Source: an uncultured delta proteobacterium
GTDB taxonomy: Bacteria; Myxococcota_A; Polyangia; Fen-1088
Assembly (NCBI GenBank): GCA_963755125.1
Contig: CAVWIP010000016.1
Span: 64,001-128,000, forward strand
Length of the DNA stretch: 64,000 nucleotides
Direction of reading: 5' to 3'
Shown here: piece after piece, positions 9,909 to 18,184 of the stretch
Layout: the number at the start of each line of letters is the position of its first letter
Numbering within the stretch: the stretch's first letter is position 1
Program-made: the position numbers and the translations under genes
The notes under the pieces: model-generated
Told to the model about the DNA's origin: nothing
The model's database searches: none
What the model saw: the letters and a program-made list of their open reading frames with translations, nothing else

Positions 9909-10678
9909 GCGGAACGGGCCCGCAGGGAAGTAGCAATTCGGAAGAATCGCCGGACTGCGGACACGTTGGTCACTGTTGCTACCACCAAAACGGCAACCTC
10001 GATGGGGATTTCTCGACTTAGATGCAGGATGGAAATTCCTGTCACGGAGGGCCACACAAGGCCAGCCACCGGAACAAAGGCACATCCGTGGATCAGATAC
10101 ACCGCACGCTCGGCCCGACGCATCGCCCCCCTGGGCGGGGGAACGCCCAAGGATTCAGCCTTGGCCGTGGCGTAGCTGACCATGAATGACCCATGAATCG
10201 CGGCCAGGGTCAGGATCTGGATGACCGGCGTGTCGCGGAAGTAGAAGACCAGGCCTGCCAGCAGGAAGAACTCCACGTAGCGATCCACCGCTGCATCGAA
10301 CAGCTCGCCCACGTCAGAGGTCAGTTTCAGATGGCGCGCCAATATGCCATCGAGCATGTCGGAAAACGCGGACATGGTGGCCAACATGGCGCCCACACCG
10401 AAGTGCCCGTATGCGAGGGCCACCGCGGAGAGCAGGGCCGGAACCAGTGAGAACGTGGTGATCATGTTGGGCGTCACGCGCAGGGCGAGCAGCACCCTCA
10501 CCACGGGACGAAACAGCACGTAGGTGGTCTCCATCACCCCACGGCCCAGCATCACGCCGCCGTGACCCTCCAGCCGGGCGTTGCGCGCTCGCCGGCCGAT
10601 CAGGAACAGAACAAAGGTGATGATCGCGACGCTCGAGACGAACGCGATCAGCAGCCAGGAGCAAACCAGATCAAGCAT
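9905..10678 (-). CDS. CDP-alcohol phosphatidyltransferase (PIP-synthase/PgsA-like)
   Basis: TPNMIT plus signature DMLDGILAR..G...D...D; 'SYATAKAESLG...G...RAER'. Confidence 0.9.
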   Translation of the reverse strand: MLDLVCSWLLIAFVSSVAIITFVLFLIGRRARNARLEGHGGVMLGRGVMETTYVLFRPVVRVLLALRVTPNMITTFSLVPALLSAVALAYGHFGVGAMLATMSAFSDMLDGILARHLKLTSDVGELFDAAVDRYVEFFLLAGLVFYFRDTPVIQILTLAAIHGSFMVSYATAKAESLGVPPPRGAMRRAERAVYLIHGCAFVPVAGLVWPSVTGISILHLSREIPIEVAVLVVATVTNVSAVRRFFRIATSLRARSA

Positions 10679-10778
10679 GATGGCCGGATAGTGAAGGAAA
10701 CGACCGAGCGGTTCAAGGCTGCGCTGTCCTTGATCCCGCTTGACGTAGGGCGGGAAGGCTTGCTCTAGTCCTTGCGCT

Positions 10779-11474
10779 ATGGGGCATGACCGCGATCGGC
10801 TTGTCGAGGAGAACCTCGATCTGGTGCGGTCGATTGCCGGGAAACTCAGGCGAAGCCTGGGCCGCACCCTGGATCTCGACGAGTTGGTGGCCTACGGGTC
10901 CAAGGGGCTGGTCGAGGCGGCCACCCGCTTCGATTCCCGCCAGGGCGTGGCCTTTTCCACCTTCGCCTACTACCGCATCCGCGGCGCCATGCTGGATGGT
11001 CTGCGCAGCATGGGATGGTACTCGCGCGGCGATCTGGCCCGTTATCGCGCTGAAGAGCGTGCCAACGAGTATCTGCGCAATCGGGCCGAGCGGGAAGGCG
11101 CCCCGGCGCCTCCCGGCCGGTCGGACGACGCCGCTGCGACCCTGGCCGAGATCGCGGAAGTCCTGAGCGGTGTGGCCACGATACACATCACCTCCTTGGA
11201 AGCAGCGGCCGGTGTGACTGACGAACGCCTTCCACCGCCCGACCAACAGTTGGAACGTCTGCACCTGCAGGCGCGGGCACACCGAGCGCTAGCCAAGCTG
11301 CCGGAAAAGGAAAGGCGCCTCCTGCAACTGCACTACTTCGAGGACATGAACCTGGAAGTCGCCAGCGCGAAGATGGGGCTGTCCAAGTCCTGGGGTTCTC
11401 GCCTGCACGCGCGCGCCGTGGATCAACTGCGCCAGGTACTGGAAGAAGAAGAGAACGGCATCGAAGCGGAGTAG
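10779..11474 (+). CDS. FliA/WhiG-like (sigma28-type) RNA polymerase sigma factor
   Basis: Region 2 'GLVEAATRFD...F.TFAYYRIRGAMLDGLR' and region 4 HTH. Confidence 0.85.
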   Translation: MGHDRDRLVEENLDLVRSIAGKLRRSLGRTLDLDELVAYGSKGLVEAATRFDSRQGVAFSTFAYYRIRGAMLDGLRSMGWYSRGDLARYRAEERANEYLRNRAEREGAPAPPGRSDDAAATLAEIAEVLSGVATIHITSLEAAAGVTDERLPPPDQQLERLHLQARAHRALAKLPEKERRLLQLHYFEDMNLEVASAKMGLSKSWGSRLHARAVDQLRQVLEEEENGIEAE

Positions 11475-11483
11475 ATGCACTTA

Positions 11484-11560
11484 CGCACCCGATCGGGACG
11501 ATCGATAGTGGTCGTGGTCGCTTGATCGTTCCGGCCACGTCCACGTCTACGACCTTCCAC
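11484..11560. repeat. GTCGTG/CACGAC-rich dispersed palindromic repeat, copy 1
   Basis: Shares its left end and an inverted core with 51933-52050. Confidence 0.65.
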
Positions 11561-11630
11561 GGCTGGCGTGGGATTGCGGCAGTTGCAGCCACAACGCTAC
11601 GTGACCCAATTTCTGCTAATGTCGGCCGCC

Positions 11631-12386
11631 ATGCGCGTTCCGTTGACAGCCGTGGTGGCTTTGGCGATCGGGTGCTCGACTCCTATCCAGCATGGTCTCG
11701 ACGAAACAACGGCCAATGAGGTGTTGACCGCGCTGGAGCGAGGCGGAATCGAGGCCAGCAAGACCCGCGACGACTCGAATGGCGAGGCCTTCGTCATCAG
11801 CGTGCCCAGAGCGGATGCGCTGCGCGCGCTCCAGGTTCTGCAGTCACTGGGCCTGCCGCGCGGCCGGCGCGCAGGCTTCGGCGAGGTCTACAAGCAGGCC
11901 AGCCTGGTGCCCACGCCCACCGAGGAGCGTGCCCGCTACCTTGAAGCGCTGGCAGGAGAGATCGAGCGCACGCTGGAGACTGTCGATGGCGTGGTCACGG
12001 CCCGCGTTCACCTGGTGCTGCCCGAGCCTGATCCGCTGGCAGTGGACGGCAAACCGCGGGTGGCCGCACAGGCGGCCGTGCTGCTCAAGGTGCGGGGGGC
12101 AGCGACAGCCCTGCGCGAGGTCGACGTGCAGAAGCTGGTGGCGGGCAGTGTGGCGGGGCTGCTGCCCGAGGCTGTGGCCGTGGTTGTGACACCCGCGACA
12201 GAATCGCCGTCGCCGCGCACGCCGGCCCTGGCCAGCGTCGGGCCGGTGCAGGTGGATCCGGGCAGCCGCAAACTCCTGGCGGGCCTGCTCTTGGGCGGTC
12301 TGGCCGTCATTGCCACGCTGGCAGTCCTGCTGTTTCTCGCTGCTCGCCGGCTCGGTTTGGAGCGTCGGGACCGGGAGAAGAGCTAA
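11631..12386 (+). CDS. sctJ: Type III secretion inner-membrane ring lipoprotein, SctJ/YscJ family
   Basis: Lipobox LAIGC, 'GLDE..ANE', 'GLPR', 'LVPTPTEERAR', 'DGVVTARVHLVLP', C-terminal TM. Confidence 0.85.
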   Translation: MRVPLTAVVALAIGCSTPIQHGLDETTANEVLTALERGGIEASKTRDDSNGEAFVISVPRADALRALQVLQSLGLPRGRRAGFGEVYKQASLVPTPTEERARYLEALAGEIERTLETVDGVVTARVHLVLPEPDPLAVDGKPRVAAQAAVLLKVRGAATALREVDVQKLVAGSVAGLLPEAVAVVVTPATESPSPRTPALASVGPVQVDPGSRKLLAGLLLGGLAVIATLAVLLFLAARRLGLERRDREKS

Positions 12387-13046
12387 CTATCCGCGCAGCT
12401 TCTTCTTCAAGTCGGCCAACGCATCGTCGACCGATTTCTGCTCGCTCATCTCGCGCAGCTTGCGTTCGGCTTCGACCGAGGCTGCCGTCTGGCCCTGCAA
12501 CTCGTCGCCGAGACCCACCTCGGCTTCCAGAGCGTCGATCTTTCCTGACATGCGATCGAAGTCCTCGAAGGCCGCGGTCTGGCCGGAAACCGGGCTCTCG
12601 CCTCGCTTGGCAGCGCGCGCCTTCTCGCGCAGCGTTCCCCGGCGCAGCTTCACGTCCTGCACCCGCGCCTCCAGCGCCTTCAATCCAGCGCCCAGTTGCA
12701 CTGAATAGGCCCGCTGATCGGACAGCGCCTTTTCCGCCTCGATGCGGTCGGCCTGCTTCTCGGCCTTGCGGCGCAGCGCCTCCTTGGCCAGAGCGTCGTC
12801 GCCCGCCTGCACGGCCTGCGTCGCGTGCTCCTCCCAGGACTTGACCTCATCGGCCAAATCCTCCACGCGCTTGCCCATGCGTTTCTCGTCGGCCAGGCAC
12901 TGCACGACCTCGCCGCGCGCCTCGCGCACCGAGTCCTCCATGTCCCGGATGAGCTGATCGATCTGCTTGGCCGGGTCCTGCATGGAGTCGATGAGGTCGT
13001 TGACGTTGGATTTCACCAGCGTGGAGAGTCGTCCCAGGATTCCCAT
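12387..13046 (-). CDS. pspA: PspA/IM30 family protein
   Basis: MGILGRLSTLVKSNVND...DP N-terminus, coiled coil, 'GDDALAKEAL', C-terminal 'DDALADLKKKL'. Confidence 0.9.
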   Translation of the reverse strand: MGILGRLSTLVKSNVNDLIDSMQDPAKQIDQLIRDMEDSVREARGEVVQCLADEKRMGKRVEDLADEVKSWEEHATQAVQAGDDALAKEALRRKAEKQADRIEAEKALSDQRAYSVQLGAGLKALEARVQDVKLRRGTLREKARAAKRGESPVSGQTAAFEDFDRMSGKIDALEAEVGLGDELQGQTAASVEAERKLREMSEQKSVDDALADLKKKLRG

Positions 13047-13115
13047 ATGGTGGAGTCTACTGGCACCGCGCGCGCATGTCGATTCAGCCGGGACTTTCTG
13101 CTAGCGTTGTTCCCG

Positions 13116-14123
13116 ATGCGCCTAAGCGACATCGCGGGCCAGGATCAGGCGACCGCGCTGCTCTTGCGCGCGGTTGCGTCGGGGCGTCTCGCCCACGCCA
13201 TACTCTTCGACGGGCCCGACGGCGTGGGCAAGCGAAGCGCGGCCCTGGGCATGGCCCTGGCCCTATGTTGTCCCGAGCAGCCGAACCTGGGCTGCGGCGC
13301 CTGCGATGTGTGCCGCCGCGTTCTGGCCGGCCAGCACCCCGACGTTCACGTGCTCGCGCCCGACACCAACCAAATCGTGGTCGAACAGGCCAAGGACATC
13401 GTGGCGCTGGCATCGAGCACACCGCACGAGGCACCCGCGCGCGTGCTGGTCATCGACCAGGCCGACTGTCTCAACCCCAGCGCGGCCAACTGCCTGCTCA
13501 AGACCCTGGAAGAACCCCTGCCCGGCAATTTCATCGTGCTGGTCACGGCTGCGCCGGCTCGCCTGCTGCCCACCATTCGTTCGCGCTGCCAACGCGTGCG
13601 TTTCCAGGCCTTGCACCCAGCCATCCTGATCGAGCTGGCCACCCGTCGGGGAATTGACCACGAGCGCGCCGAGACCGCTGCGGCCACGGCTGGCGGGTCA
13701 GCGGCGCGCCTCTTCGAGCTGTGCGCGTCGGAGATGGAATCAAATCTGTGGACGGTGGCCAGCCGCTTTCGCCAGGCGATTGCGGCCCGCGAGATGGGAC
13801 CGATCTTCGACGCAGCCTCGGCATTCTCGGACAAGGAAGAGCGGCAAGACCTGTCCGAAGCGCTGGTACTGCTGGCCCGCTTCTACCGCGACGCCCTGGC
13901 CCTGGCTGCCGGTGCGGAGGATCTCATCTTGTTGCGCAGCCACAGTGCCGAAATGGCCGGCCCCGCCGGCGCGTGCCAGCGACGGCGCACTCTCACGCCC
14001 TTGCGCCGGGCGGTGACCGCAGTGCTCGATGCTTGCTTGAGCCTGACCGCCAATGTGAATGCGGTCACGGCGCTGGAGAAGATGATGATGGACATCCGCT
14101 CCTCTGCGGTGGAGGCGTCATGA
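13116..14123 (+). CDS. holB: DNA polymerase III subunit delta'
   Basis: 'HAILFDGPDGVGK', zinc motif CGACDVC, HPD, 'AANCLLKTLEEP', 'LPTIRSRC'. Confidence 0.9.
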   Translation: MRLSDIAGQDQATALLLRAVASGRLAHAILFDGPDGVGKRSAALGMALALCCPEQPNLGCGACDVCRRVLAGQHPDVHVLAPDTNQIVVEQAKDIVALASSTPHEAPARVLVIDQADCLNPSAANCLLKTLEEPLPGNFIVLVTAAPARLLPTIRSRCQRVRFQALHPAILIELATRRGIDHERAETAAATAGGSAARLFELCASEMESNLWTVASRFRQAIAAREMGPIFDAASAFSDKEERQDLSEALVLLARFYRDALALAAGAEDLILLRSHSAEMAGPAGACQRRRTLTPLRRAVTAVLDACLSLTANVNAVTALEKMMMDIRSSAVEAS

Positions 14124-15127
14124 ACGATCTGTCGGGCCCACCCTCGCCGCGGCCTGCCGAGCGGGACCAGTCCGTCGCGCGCCCTGAAGATCGCCAGGTG
14201 GTGGGCGTGAAGTACGCGTCCACCGGCCCGACCATCGACTGCGACTCGGGCACCCTGGTGTTCCGGCGGGGCGAGGCGGTGGTGGTGGATGACCGGCGCG
14301 GCGGCACCGTGGCCACGGTCAGCGTGCCGACCCACACGCGCAGGTCTGGCGGCACACTGGGCCGCGTCCTGCGCCGGGCTGAGCCTCGCGATCTTGCGCG
14401 CGCCCAGGAGGAACAGCAGCGCCAGGCCGACGCGCTCGCGTACGCCCGCTCGCGAGTGCACGGCTTGCGCCTACCCATTAAGGTGTTTCGGGTCGACCTC
14501 GGCCATGGCGGGGAGCGGGCCCTGTTTTGCTTCTGGTCCGACAAACGCGTCGACTTCCGCGATCTGGTCCGCGACCTGTCCGCCCGCCTGCACCTGCGCA
14601 TCGAAATGCGGCAAGTGGGCGTGCGCGACGAGGCCAAGCAGATCGGCGGCATCGGGTCCTGCGGTCGCGAATTGTGCTGTTCCACCTTTCTCCCGCACTT
14701 CGCACCGGTGTCGATCAAGATGGCCAAAAATCAGCGCCTGGTGCTCAACCCCACCAAGGTGGCGGGCCAGTGCGGGCGGCTCAAGTGCTGCCTGATGTAC
14801 GAGGACGCGCAGTACGTGGAGGCAAGCAAGGGTCTGCCCAGGGAAGGCAAGCAGGTGCACACGCCTGACGGCGTGGGGCGGGTCGACGACCTCGACGTGC
14901 TGGACCGCAAGGTGCGGGTCTCGTTCCCGGATCGGCCGCCCGCGATCTACGACGCCAGCGTCGTGCGTCCGCTCGATGTGAATGCCACGCCGACGCCAGC
15001 GCCGGTGTCCGTCTCCCTAGGAGAGGGCCCTGCGGATTCAGCCAAGAGTGGAGATTCGTCTGCTCCCCCGCCCGTTGCCGAGAACGCAGAGGGGAGCGGG
15101 GAGGACCCAGAGCCTGAATCAAGGTAG
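14120..15127 (+). CDS. ricT: PSP1 domain / RicT (YaaT) Fe-S regulatory protein
   Basis: 'RVDFRDLV', 'IEMRQVGVRDEAK..GGIGSCGRELCC', 'CGRLKCCL.YE'; ATGA overlap with holB. Confidence 0.85.
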   Translation: MNDLSGPPSPRPAERDQSVARPEDRQVVGVKYASTGPTIDCDSGTLVFRRGEAVVVDDRRGGTVATVSVPTHTRRSGGTLGRVLRRAEPRDLARAQEEQQRQADALAYARSRVHGLRLPIKVFRVDLGHGGERALFCFWSDKRVDFRDLVRDLSARLHLRIEMRQVGVRDEAKQIGGIGSCGRELCCSTFLPHFAPVSIKMAKNQRLVLNPTKVAGQCGRLKCCLMYEDAQYVEASKGLPREGKQVHTPDGVGRVDDLDVLDRKVRVSFPDRPPAIYDASVVRPLDVNATPTPAPVSVSLGEGPADSAKSGDSSAPPPVAENAEGSGEDPEPESR

Positions 15128-15189
15128 TCGAGCGGGCTGTAATCCCAAGCAGGGGGCGGCACCGGAGACGGGGCGGTGGCTTCAAGCGG

Positions 15190-17991
15190 TTACTGCGCTG
15201 CCACCGTCATCGTCGGCAGTGGCCAGCAAACCGCTGTCCCACCTGGAACGGTGGCGGCCACGCTGGCTGAGCCAGTCGTGCCGGTCGCACTGGTATTGAT
15301 GACGTAATCGGTCACGCCGACGCGGCCACCTGAGCCGGTCTTGTTGATGTAGCTGGTAATCGGGTTGGTTCCTGGCGACTGGGCCACGGTATTGAGCGAG
15401 AGCAGCGCAGAACTCGTGTTGGTCAAGGTCAAGGTGACGTTCGCTCCGATGTCTCCCCAGTTCTGCAGCAGGAAATTCCGCGAGGTGAAAGTGTTGCCCA
15501 TCCGTGGGTCGGTGGCGGTGAGCGATGGCGGCAGTTGCAGGAACAGGCCCGAGGCGAGTTCCGAGACCGGGATGGTGAAGGTGCTGGCCCCGACCGTCAC
15601 CGTGAGCGTGTTCGAGTACTCCGGGCCGCTGCTCGGGGCGATGACACTCAGGTCGGTGGGAATTGGAGCCGCGGAGATCGTGAACGTGGCGGTGGAGTTC
15701 TTCGCGACCGTGCCCGAACTGGCGCTCAGCGTGAAGGTGGTGCCGTTGATGGCGTTCCCCGGGATGGACGCGGTCCAGCTCGCATCCTGGTTGGTGACAT
15801 TCTTGATCGTCACCGTGCTGCTCCCCCCGGCCGGCGCACTCGCGCCACACGGGATGGCAGTGAACACGATCGAGGCCGGCGTGACAGTGATCGGCTGAGC
15901 GGTGGTTGCTGTGCCAGCCATGGTCGCACTGGCAACGGGCAGGGTTGTCGCGCACAAGGGTGTGTTGGTCAAAGTGAAGGTGGCCAGACCTCCAGAATAG
16001 GCGGTGTTCGACGCCACCACGGGCGCGTTGAAGTAAGCCGAAAAAGCGGTGGTACCGTCGGGCAAGGAGCTGAACCCCGGTAGCGTCGCGGTGTCGAATG
16101 ACCAGGTCCCGGAAGGCGCGTTGCCGCTGGAAGTCACCGCGAAGGTGACGGTGGCCGGGGCGTTACCGGCGTTGGTGAGGCCCATGGGGATCGATGCCTG
16201 GCCTCCGCCAGCGGTGTTGGCGAAGCTGAAAGCCGCGATCGAGTTGGTCGGCGGCGGCGCGAAGTTCTTCAGGACCGCGCCGTAGGGCGATTGCACAATG
16301 GAGAAGGAGTGCGGCAAGTCACCGACGGCGTTGGTGGTCACCGTGAGGGTGTCGTTGAAGGTCGTCGTTGCGGTCTGGAAATTCCAGTTCGACAGCACCG
16401 GAGTCGAGCTGAGCGTCAACGATACGCTCTTGCCCGGATTCACCAACCCGACCCCGTCACCGTTGTTGCCGATGGTGACGGTGTAGGGCGAGCTTACGCC
16501 TTGGCCGAGAGCGGCGGCGGTGATGGTGTAGCTAGCCGTCCCGGTATTTCCAAAGCTGATGGTTTGCGGCCCAGCAGTGGTACCGCAGTAGGTGAATCCC
16601 TGCGGCGGCGCACCGAAGACTGTCCCGTTCTGGGTCATTCCCGGACCGGTGAAGAAGACCTGCGAGGATGGATTGGTGGTGACCAAGGCGACTGTGCCGG
16701 TGCCGCTCAACTGCAGTGCCCCTGGCAGGGCCGAGCACAGCACCGTGCCGGCGACGACCGACATGGTGACCGCGCCGGTCGCGGCCTGTGCATCGGCGGC
16801 CACGCCGCCCGGTGCAAACCCGATGTTGACCGTCTGGGGGGTGCCGGCCACCACCCCATTCAACTGGGCGGTCGCACCTGAGTTGACGGTGAAGCTGGCG
16901 TCGGCTTGGCCGGTCAGCTTGGCGGCGGTCAGCGTGACGTTGACCGAGGCGTTGCCAGAGTTGGCCACCTTGATTGCCGTCGACGAGGACGTGCCAACCC
17001 GGACATTGCCGAAGGAATACGGAGCCGACGGCTGGAACGCAAGAATGGCACCCTGTGCGGTCTGGTTCAGCTTGATCACGTGGACGACGTCGGAGGGGAT
17101 CGTGGTGGTGATGTTCAGCACGTCTCCATATGCATTCGCAGTCGTGTCGGCGGGGAACGGGATCGCGGCGGGCGTGATGGTGACCGTCACGCTCGCGCCA
17201 GAGGTGCCGCTCGCGGCGAGACTGCCGGACGCCGGCGTGAAGCTGAATGGGCTGGGCGACCGCCCAAGCGCGGCGCTCCAGTTGAATGGCCCATCGCCGG
17301 TGTTGGACAGTGTCAGGGTTAGTGCCGCCGCCGCAACGGGAGTGGCGCTGCAGCCTACGAAGCCGCTATTGCCGAAGTTGAGGGCGCTCGGGTTGACGGT
17401 GAGTTCGCCTATCTCGACCGAGACGGTGTCGGGGCCAGCATCAGGGCCTGCGTCCGGGCCGGCATCGGGGCCTGCATCCGGATTTGTTGCCGTGTCTGTC
17501 CCGGTGCCGGTCAGTGCTGTGGTCGTGGTTCCTGTTCCGACAGGCGTAGTGGTTGTTGTACCCGTTCCAGTCCGTGTTGCGGTTCCAGTTCCCGTCACCG
17601 CACTGGTTCCAGTTCCCGTCACCGCACTGGTTCCAGTTCCCGTCACTGCGCTGGTTCCAGTTCCCGTCACTGCGCTGGTTCCAGTTCCCGTCACCGCGCT
17701 GGTTCCAGTTCCTGTCACTGCGCTGGTTCCAGTTCCCGTCACTGCGCTGGTTCCCGTCTGTGCCGTGGTCGTTGTCGTGGTCCCCGTGGTGGTCATGGTC
17801 ACCGATCCCGTACCCTGCGTGCTTTGGGGCAAATCGGGCGAGGCATCGGCAGAGCGAGTGACAGCGTCACCCCTGCTGGCATCCGGCGGAGCCGTAACGC
17901 CGCCGCAACCAACCCCGAGCGCAACGGCCGCTGCGCAACCCAACCACAGACGCGGAGCCGACGCGAAGGAAGTCAGTCGAAACGTATTCAT
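15190..17991 (-). CDS. Large surface lipoprotein with Thr/Gly stalk and tandem Ig-like (choice-of-anchor D/ASH-like) domains
   Basis: Lipobox 'LGVGC', (SAVTGTGT)x7, (PDAG) repeats, repeated 'P..L.FG...NTG' beta-sandwich units; GGAGG Shine-Dalgarno. Confidence 0.75.
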   Translation of the reverse strand: MNTFRLTSFASAPRLWLGCAAAVALGVGCGGVTAPPDASRGDAVTRSADASPDLPQSTQGTGSVTMTTTGTTTTTTAQTGTSAVTGTGTSAVTGTGTSAVTGTGTSAVTGTGTSAVTGTGTSAVTGTGTSAVTGTGTATRTGTGTTTTTPVGTGTTTTALTGTGTDTATNPDAGPDAGPDAGPDAGPDTVSVEIGELTVNPSALNFGNSGFVGCSATPVAAAALTLTLSNTGDGPFNWSAALGRSPSPFSFTPASGSLAASGTSGASVTVTITPAAIPFPADTTANAYGDVLNITTTIPSDVVHVIKLNQTAQGAILAFQPSAPYSFGNVRVGTSSSTAIKVANSGNASVNVTLTAAKLTGQADASFTVNSGATAQLNGVVAGTPQTVNIGFAPGGVAADAQAATGAVTMSVVAGTVLCSALPGALQLSGTGTVALVTTNPSSQVFFTGPGMTQNGTVFGAPPQGFTYCGTTAGPQTISFGNTGTASYTITAAALGQGVSSPYTVTIGNNGDGVGLVNPGKSVSLTLSSTPVLSNWNFQTATTTFNDTLTVTTNAVGDLPHSFSIVQSPYGAVLKNFAPPPTNSIAAFSFANTAGGGQASIPMGLTNAGNAPATVTFAVTSSGNAPSGTWSFDTATLPGFSSLPDGTTAFSAYFNAPVVASNTAYSGGLATFTLTNTPLCATTLPVASATMAGTATTAQPITVTPASIVFTAIPCGASAPAGGSSTVTIKNVTNQDASWTASIPGNAINGTTFTLSASSGTVAKNSTATFTISAAPIPTDLSVIAPSSGPEYSNTLTVTVGASTFTIPVSELASGLFLQLPPSLTATDPRMGNTFTSRNFLLQNWGDIGANVTLTLTNTSSALLSLNTVAQSPGTNPITSYINKTGSGGRVGVTDYVINTSATGTTGSASVAATVPGGTAVCWPLPTMTVAAQ
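17581..17748. repeat. 24-bp coding tandem repeat x7
   Basis: Unit ggttccagttcccgtcacYgcRct; encodes SAVTGTGT on the minus strand. Confidence 0.95.
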
Positions 17992-18184
17992 GAGCTACCT
18001 CCATGGGCCAGGGAACTTGCCGCGAGCATCTCAGTCAAAGCGCACAGACGCTCTCCCGTTTCCATCGGCAGCCGCGGGCGGAATATTGAGGAAACTCACT
18101 CGTGCGGCCGCAGCGCACCGCGCCGAATTGCCGCACGTGTCAGACCTGATCGGTGAAATGCGACAGTAGTGGTAGCCTAGCGGC

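Noticed and set aside
13721..14119. N-terminal extension of ricT, and similar long upstream extensions in the ORF track (e.g. 12825, 24862, 36521, 44630, 60687)
   Set aside because: These overlap neighbouring genes or intergenic DNA; downstream starts with ATGA coupling, SD or -10 signals fit the protein families better
17581..17748. 24-bp repeat array as a CRISPR
   Set aside because: Units are head-to-tail with no spacers, in frame within a CDS, vary only at synonymous positions, and no cas genes are present
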